A stretch of DNA of 64,000 nt from NCBI GenBank assembly GCA_951406725.2, contig OX597815.1:112964001-113028000 (forward strand), given 5' to 3'. The stretch is from Octopus vulgaris (taxonomy: Eukaryota). Below the pieces are notes generated by a model. The model worked only from the letters and a program-made list of their open reading frames with translations. It ran no database searches and was not told the DNA's origin. The position numbers were made by a program, and so were the translations under genes. Positions 54,915-64,000 of this stretch are shown here, piece by piece (position 1 is the stretch's first letter; every line of letters starts with the position of its first letter).

Positions 54915-56020
54915 TTATTATTCGGAACTCGGAATCTTGAGGTTAGTAGCCCGCGGTCTTAACCACTATGCCATATGCCCGTGGGCAATTATGGAGTGAA
55001 TTTTAGGGCTTAAAAAACTATTTTTCTATTCTTCCTTAATACCGGTTCCCATATGCTACTCATATCTGCACTCAGTCTGCTTAAGAGGTTGTTGAGATAT
55101 TTGCGAAGTGTTGTATTACTCTTGAATACTGCCCTCATGTCATATGGGTCACATATCTTTTGTATCTTTTCGGAGAGGCCTTTCACACAGACTGTGGACA
55201 GTTTATTGGTTTCGTCCTCTCTTTTCTTCATAATTGGAGTGGATAGTATGTTTTTGGAGTAGTGGACAATAAACTGTCCATCGTCTGTCTACCCTATGTG
55301 AAAGTCCTATCTGAAAACATACAAAAGATATGCGGCCCATATGACACCACGACAGTATTTAAGAGTAATACAACACTTCGAGTAAAAACCACCAATAGAA
55401 GAGTATATGACCAAAGATTGCGTGTACTCCATCCTATGCAGCTGTGGTAGGTTATATAAAGGCGAAACATGCAAAGTTGTTACACGAGGAGATATTGATA
55501 AATCGGGTATAGGTGACCATCTATGGAAAAATGGAGACCACCTCCCCTGTGGGATGAAGCTAAAATAACAGAGAACAGCACTGGAAAATACGAAAACTGA
55601 AAGAATCAGTACATATGTTTGGACACAACAACCTCCAAAGCAGACCGAGTGCAGATATGAGCAGCACATGAAAACCGGTATTAACGAAGGATAGAAAAAT
55701 ATTAGATTTATAAGCCCTAAAATTCACTCCATAATTGCCCACGGGCATGTGGCATAGTGATTAAGAGCGCTGGCTACTCGCCCTAAGATTCCGAGACGAT
55801 TCCAAGCAGTGACCTCAATAATAATAATAATAATAATAATCTGTTCTTAGTTTGATTTACGGGGTGAGCGCGAACGCAGACCCCACACTTAGAAATAGCG
55901 CACCCGAGTCGCCCACATTTGGGGCGATAATAATAATAACATCGAAAAATACCTTGCGAATGAGAACCCAACAAACAAGATGAGGTCAAATATCCATCAA
56001 ATGTAAATAATGTAAATAAT
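54915..56020 (+). mobile_element. Penelope-like element (Poseidon-type) GIY-YIG 3' fragment with an inverted partial copy at its 5' side
   Basis: Plus strand LPYVKVLSENIQKIC..YD...VFKSNTTLR...CVYSILCSCGRLYKGET...SGIGDHLW...RKLKES; 54915-55260 is a diverged inverted copy; both arms end in a tRNA-like cassette. Confidence 0.85.
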
Positions 56021-56295
56021 GTGGATTTGGTAGGCGGAAACTGAAAGAAGCCCATTATATATATGTATATTTATATATATATATGTGTGTGTGTATGTTT
56101 GTGTGTCTGTGTTTGTCCCCCTAGCATTGCTTGACAACCGATGCTGGTGTGTTTACGTCGCCGTTACTTAGCGGTTTGGCAAAAGAGACCGATAGAATAA
56201 GTACTGGGCTTACAAAGTCGATTTGCTCGACTAAAGGTGGTGCTCCAGCATGGCCGCAGTCAAATGACTGAAACAAGTAAAAGAGTAAAGAGAGA
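56021..56295 (+). mobile_element. SINE family B 3' half
   Basis: GTGGATTTGGTAGGCGGAAACTGAAAGAAGCCC...CAGCATGGCCGCAGTCAAATGACTGAAACAAGTAAAAGA. Confidence 0.8.
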
Positions 56296-56329
56296 GAGAA
56301 TGTACATAATTCCTCATCTCTTAAATAGA

Positions 56330-56475
56330 GGCTTCATTCAGTTTCCGTCTACCAGATTCACTTACAAAATTTTGATCTGTCCGAGGCTTCAGCAGAAGAC
56401 ACTTGCCTAAGGTGGCACTCATCAGGATGGAACCCAGAACCATGTGACTGGAAAACACAGCCGCCACGCCAGCGA
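56330..56475 (-). mobile_element. SINE family B 5' half
   Basis: GGCTTC.TTCAGTTTCCGTCTACCA.ATTCACT...GAACCCAGAACCATGTG. Confidence 0.7.
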
Positions 56476-56477
56476 CT

Positions 56478-56569
<92 letters not shown>

Positions 56570-56985
56570 ATATATATGTGTGTGTGTGTGTGTGTATGTA
56601 TGTTTGTGTGTGAATATATCTATATATTTAAACCCATACGTGTGCGTGCTAAGGGAACTAAAATATAGAAAATAGGTATCGAAAGTGTAAATATATCTCA
56701 TAAGAATCAATACTAACAATATTCATTAAAAGTTATGTACATAGTCTGATTTTGTTTTTCTGTTTTTTGTTTTTTTTTCTCCGTTTCGTCTTTCATTTTT
56801 CTTATACTATTTTACTAATATTTTATTATAGGAATCGTTCTACAATTCCTTTCATAGTTATCGCCTGCAAAATTAGTTAATTAAATACACTTGTTTTACA
56901 TATTCATTCGCTTTTACTTCCCATCTTCGTAAGCCTTCACAGTCATGACTTTTCCCTACTTTGTCTTTCTCTCTCTCTCTCTTTC

Positions 56986-57024
<39 letters not shown>

Positions 57025-57217
57025 ACTTCTGCCTCTCTTGCTCTCTCGCACACAGTCTCTGCTCGCTTTCTCTCTCATTTCACACAATACCACTTCAAAA
57101 TTAATTCATTTAACGACTGGGAGCTCCGATATGTTTCAAATTAGCGTCACCGTTTTCCAAGTTGACGTATTTTATTTCCTTTATAAATGGCATATATTGA
57201 GCACACGCACGTGTACA

Positions 57218-57258
<41 letters not shown>

Positions 57259-57413
57259 AGCTAAGCATCTATCTCTCTCTGTATATGTGGATGTGTGTGT
57301 GGGTGTATATATATATGTATGTATACAAATATATATACATATATATATATGCATGTATGCATATGAATGTATATGTATATGTGAGTTTATACACACACGC
57401 ATACACTTGCACG

Positions 57414-57449
<36 letters not shown>

Positions 57450-57543
57450 ATATATATATGTATATATATATACATATATGCATGTATGTATATGATTGTA
57501 TATGTGTGTATGTATACATACACGTATACACTTGCACGCAATA

Positions 57544-57734
<191 letters not shown>

Positions 57735-58550
57735 CTATGTATGTATGTATATATGTTTGTATGTATGTCTGCAAAATATGTAAGTTTGTGCTTGTGTGTA
57801 TTTTTATTTGTGTTTATGTATGTGTCTACTTCGTTTTCATTGTATTCGTGTGAATAGGTATAATCTGATATAGCTGATGATAAATTTTATGATATATAAA
57901 ATATACATAGATACACACATATATATATATTATATCTATACATGTGTGTGCGTGCGACTATATGCGTGTGTGTGCGTGTGTACCAGCTGAGTTGATCACT
58001 GATTAATTATTGATCGTTTGTAGATCCTAATTTCTCTCCAGATATTTTGCACCAAATACGAACAAAGACCAAAAACTAATACAAATTATAGAATTTGTTC
58101 CTCGTGACATTTTAGCATTGTTTGTAACTAAGGGGTGATTTCTTTACACAGTCATCTCTGGCTCGTGATAATACGTTGTCTTATAAATTTATTTTCTTTT
58201 CAGTATCAGATTGTTATTCGTCAGTAGGATGAAAACTTTTTATTGTTTACCGTATGTCGTTGACTAGTAATGTTTCTTCATAATATTTTTTCTTCGATTT
58301 CAACATCTGTCTGAGGATATTTCTTTGTCATTGTGAAATGATTCACACAGACTTACACACACACACTCACACTCACAGACGCTTGCACACGCACACACAA
58401 ACACACACACACGCACACACACACATGTCACATACGCGCGCCCAAACACACGCACACACACTGAAAATATATATAAGTATGTATATATATATATGATATA
58501 AAAATATATATATGCATATATATATATACATACATATACATATATATATA

Positions 58551-58583
<33 letters not shown>

Positions 58584-58611
58584 ATGTATGCATACATATA
58601 CATGCATATAT

Positions 58612-59035
58612 GGGCACAAGACGTCACCAACAGTAAACAACATGAAATGCGAAAACAAATGAACCAAATACACAAACAACGAGAGAAAAAAATTAAGAAC
58701 AGGACAAGTAATACACAAAACGACCCTCCTTCAGCTATCGGCTGTCTATCTACTCCTCATTTCGTGCAATTAGTGGCAATATGAGTCTTCGAAAACAGCT
58801 GCTCCTATAAATACCAAAATGAAATTTTGGATTTATGGAGGGTCAAAGTTTGGAACAAAAACAGGACAATGGAGATATACAAGGAAACCGAACGAAAACA
58901 AACATAGAAGGTCGTTAGACCAGAACGAGAGGGAAATAGTGAACGCTGAGAGAAGTATTTTCTTTGAAAAAGAGAAAAGAGAGGAGAGAGAAATATAGAA
59001 GACGTCCAGTTCTTAGAACATCCGTGCAAGAAAAG
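58612..59035 (+). repeat. unclassified (TA)n-embedded interspersed repeat (second copy at 33105-33305)
   Basis: Homology to 33105-33305; microsatellite flanks. Confidence 0.7.
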
Positions 59036-59176
<141 letters not shown>

Positions 59177-59227
59177 AATACTAAATTTCTAAATCTCTCG
59201 TAGAGACATGTACGGTGGTGGGGCGAA

Positions 59228-59484
59228 AGAATGGTTGTATACTGTCAATCTAACACGAACGTGACAGTAGGGTACACCACCGCTGTTTAGCCCTAGGAAG
59301 CATCGACGCCTCCTGATGGCTTTGACACATTTTTCCTGTGTCCTTACATACTTACATACAAAATGTATGTAAAGACACAGGAAAAATGTGTCAAAGCCAT
59401 CAGGAGGCGTCGATGCTTCCTAGGGCTAAACAGCGGTGGTGTACCCCCTACTGTCACGTTCGTGTTAGATTGACAGTATACAAC

Positions 59485-59490
<6 letters not shown>
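59228..59490. repeat. near-perfect palindrome (~125-bp arms) between (TA)n tracts
   Basis: AGAATGGTTGTATACTGTCAATC...TTACATAC AAAAT GTATGTAA...GATTGACAGTATACAACCATTCT. Confidence 0.95.
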
Positions 59491-59523
<33 letters not shown>

Positions 59524-60027
59524 TTTGATTTTATTCATATATAAGCTCACACCAGTGACAGTAGATTATGTTGATTCCTGAACTTCACTTGTACATTTAT
59601 TGTGGACAAAAGGAAAGTACAACTAGATGCCACAAGGTATCTTGCTCGAAGTTCTACCGATTCTACCAGTCCACTACACTTTGTGGTTGTCAATAATATT
59701 ACTGTCTTATGAAACGAAAACTTGACAGGTATATCATTAAATATTGTAAAATCAGACTACATTTCTATTTGACCAATGCAATATCAGATCATAACGAACA
59801 ATGTATGTGATTCAGAAAACGTTCAATATTCAAAGCGAATTTTGCCAAAATTGAAACGAGGAAAGAGCGAGATGTGTAAGTGCGGTGCGTGCGTGCGTGC
59901 GTACGTGTGTGTGTGTGTTTTTGTGTGTGCATGCGTGTGTGTGTTTTCTGAGTTTCTACAATCAAGAATATCGTCGAAGTCATTGATAACTGAAATATAA
60001 ACAATACATCGTTAGATGTCATAAATG

Positions 60028-60151
<124 letters not shown>

Positions 60152-60189
60152 CACTCACACATACACACACATACAGAGAGAGAGATTGA

Positions 60190-60617
60190 GAGCCGTGGCG
60201 GCTGTGTGACAAGAAGTTTGCTTCCTAACCACACGATTCCGAGTTTACTCCGACTGCATGGCACCTCAGGCAACTGTCTTCTACTATAGCCCCAGGTCGA
60301 CCAAAGTGAATTTGGTAGTGAATTTGGTAGACGAAAACTGAGAGAAACCCATTCTCTATGAATATGTGTGTGCGCGCGCGCGTCTGTCTGTCTGTGCGTG
60401 TGTCTGTCTGTGAATGTGTGTGTGTGTGTCTGGCTGACTGTGTGTGTTTGTCTGTTTGGCCCAGAACATTGTTTCACAACCAGTGTTGGTGTGTTTACGT
60501 CCCCGTTCAACAAACAAGAACAATAAAATAAGTAGAAGGTGGGAAAAAGAAATAAGTACTAGGATCGATTCGTTCCACTAAAATTGCTCAAGTCGGCACC
60601 CCAGCAAGAAAATAAAG

Positions 60618-60620
<3 letters not shown>
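60190..60620 (+). mobile_element. SINE family B copy
   Basis: GGCTGTGTGACAAGAAGTTTGCTTCC.AACCAC head and family B body. Confidence 0.75.
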
Positions 60621-60660
<40 letters not shown>

Positions 60661-60690
60661 CAAAATAAGCAACAGGATATCAAGTAGTAA

Positions 60691-60779
60691 TGCAGTGCGA
60701 CCGTTTCAAGCGACTCCATCATTTAATTGAACAATGCAATCATTACAGCAATTTAAATGCAATGCCATCATCAGCTGCA
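60691..60779 (-). ncRNA. degenerate type-I hammerhead (U16.1 to C) in a pLTR-like remnant ending at (TA)n
   Basis: Minus strand: TGCAG-CTGATGA-[long stem II]-GAAA-CGGTCG-CA-CTGCA. Confidence 0.6.
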
Positions 60780-61472
60780 CAAATAAATAAATGTAATTAT
60801 AACAAGTAGGACACGTTAATATAATTTGTCTTAAATACTTTAACAGAGCAAGAGGATGGAAGAAACTCATTACAACTTCTAAGAATCGCATGGAGGATAG
60901 TGGGATCATAGGATTGTAATTCATTTCAGATACATCCATCTCTTTATCAACTACTAAATCTAAGACTAGAAGACTGAGTCTATTTTGAATAAAGGACCAG
61001 AGTGAGTCGACAGCTCATGGCTAGGTATGGTCTGAAATATCGTATGTAAGAGTAGTCAACTGACTATTCCTGTATATTGTTATTCCTATATCTTATTATT
61101 TGAAATATATATATATGTATATTATTCATACTGTTACCCCAAGCGCCAGTGCGGAATTCCTGCAATAAATTGACAGATAAAAACAGTTAATTGAAACTGT
61201 GCCGGTGCTTTACTCATCCTCTTTTTAACATTTTGTATAATTTCTGCATTATATATATTTTACGACAAATAAATCTTTTAACGATTATTTCTGTACCAAC
61301 TCTGCTTGCAACATCAGTTTATGCAAAACTTTCTACGTTTGAAGAATTTCTGTGTTAGTCTGGAATCCGACAGTGCTTGCAGCCAGAAATCGGGTTGAGT
61401 GCTTCTCTGGACTTACTCTACCTTTATATCCTACCAGGACCTTATAAGTAAATATATATATACATATATATA

Positions 61473-61593
61473 TCTTATTTCTTTATTGCCCACAGGGGGC
61501 TAAATATAGAGGGATTAAGTCGATTACATGGACCCCCGTGCGTAACTGGTACTTATTTTATCGAACCCGAAAGGATGAAAGGCACAGTCGACA
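61473..61593 (-). mobile_element. SINE family A 3' fragment (same tail type as the 19815-20180 units)
   Basis: TATTTCTTTA.TGCCCACA.GGGGCTAAA...GGATTAAGTCGATTACAT. Confidence 0.7.
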
Positions 61594-61651
61594 TATACAT
61601 ATACATATATATACATATAGTCCTGTGTCCATATATGCATATATACACAAA

Positions 61652-61737
<86 letters not shown>

Positions 61738-61974
61738 CATATATATTTATATATTATATATATTATTATATATGTATGTATGTATGTATTTACGTATGTA
61801 CGTATGTACGTATGTATGTATGTATGTATGTACGTATGTATGTATGTATGTATGTATGTATGTATGTATGTATGTATGTATGTATGTATGTAGAGACAGA
61901 CAGTGTGTGTGTGTGACAGAGTGAGAGGCAGAGAGGAAAAGAGATATAAATATATAGATTTATATAAAAATTCT

Positions 61975-62390
<416 letters not shown>

Positions 62391-62409
62391 TGTATCTGTG
62401 TATGTATGT

Positions 62410-62460
<51 letters not shown>

Positions 62461-63125
62461 GTATATATAGGCATGTATGTATATTTTTATTATATCGTTG
62501 ATATAGTACGTCGTGTTGAATGCAAAGCACTTTACTTTTGATGATCTTGGCAACAACTACAGCGGGAACACCACCAAATACAACGGCAACAATAAATAGC
62601 AAATAAATAATAAATATACAGGGTTTAAAATATGCAAAAGTCAATTAAAGTGTTTCGTTAGAAAGATCTCATATGACTTTAAATTCGGCTTTCTGTCACG
62701 TTTTTCTCCCGTTTTCCTCCCGTTTTGAGAGGCGAGAAAATATAGCGGACTCCATCAGATTTGCAGTTAAAGGTGAAAAACTGGCACCTACATCAATAAA
62801 GAACTTGTTAAGTAAAATAATCAATTACAACAAAAAATGATAATGAAAGAAACGGGGAATGAAAGAAAGAGAAAACAAAGTAACAAATGAGAAGTATAAG
62901 TAAATGATACTAATCGATTTGTTTTATTTATTTTTCTCTTTCTTTCAACGAACACAGGAAGAGAAGGAGTCGATAAAAAAATAAAAGATGGGGAGAAAAT
63001 ACAATGAACAAATAAACAGCCCATCTTTTGACATTTACATTGATAAACCTTGCAAGCCAAGAAAGCCAAAAACAAAATATATGTGTATGTAGCAGTATGT
63101 GTGAGTGTGTAAGTATACTTACATA

Positions 63126-63185
<60 letters not shown>

Positions 63186-63206
63186 TATATACATATATAT
63201 ATATAA

Positions 63207-63316
<110 letters not shown>

Positions 63317-63707
63317 GTGTGTGTGAGTGTGTATGTATGTGTGCACGTGTGTGTGTTCACACGTGAAAGAAAGCCCACAAGTTCAAGAATTCAATAACAG
63401 ATGATAACAAAGTAGAGTATAATGTAGTTATTTATTATTCCTGCAAAAAAAAAAAAAACGTTCAATACCGGTTAAGGTACGAAAGTTTTGTCTTCTGAGT
63501 TGTCAACATGAAGATGAAAATATAAAATTTATAGTTATACACAGTAGTTAATAGTTAGCTCATATGCGTGCAACAATTGAATAAGCGGGAAAATATAAAT
63601 GGAGAGAAATCATTGTCGATTCTAGAAGTTCTTTAAAAATAAAAAGTTGCTATTGCTTTCAGGTTTATGGTAAATATCGGAAACCTAAGTAGACGATATA
63701 ATATGAA

Positions 63708-63856
<149 letters not shown>

Positions 63857-64000
63857 CATGTGGGAAAAAGAGACGTGAAATGAAAGAGTTCTTGAGTCTA
63901 TAGTTGAAGTTTAAGCTTCTTGAAAAAGTAATCGATTAGTCATACATACATACAAAGATACGTATATACGTATATATGCAATGTGTGCGCGCATTTTTGT

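Noticed and set aside
58306-58352. CTGAGGA...GAAA-TGAT-TC hammerhead-like match
   Set aside because: Stem II does not pair and stem I is only 3 bp; likely chance.

Overview
AT-rich, microsatellite-saturated eukaryotic non-coding DNA (intron or intergenic). It is most consistent with an octopus/coleoid cephalopod genome; this is inferred from the recurring tRNA-derived SINE families and the repeat texture. I can support no intact host protein-coding gene. Nearly all ORFs in the track are translations of (TA)n, (CA)n, (GATA)n or (ATT)n repeats. The window holds about 15 tRNA-derived SINE copies, decayed LINE fragments (RTE with three C-terminal C2H2 fingers, CR1/Jockey-group, Dong/R4-like), a non-autonomous Helitron, a MITE-like element, and several Penelope-like element (PLE) remnants with GIY-YIG motifs. 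The main signal is a set of type-I hammerhead ribozyme (HHR) motifs in unrelated elements. These sit mostly within or beside (TA)n tracts and often form fold-back inverted repeats. The best case is a very young array at 44885-46980: three tandem 507-bp ORF-less units, each with an intact HHR, folded back into a ~570-bp-arm palindrome. It resembles a retrozyme or PLE pLTR array and is predicted to release 507-nt monomers. Other elements carry non-canonical U3-A8 and A3-U8 hammerhead cores. All structures were read by eye and none was computed.
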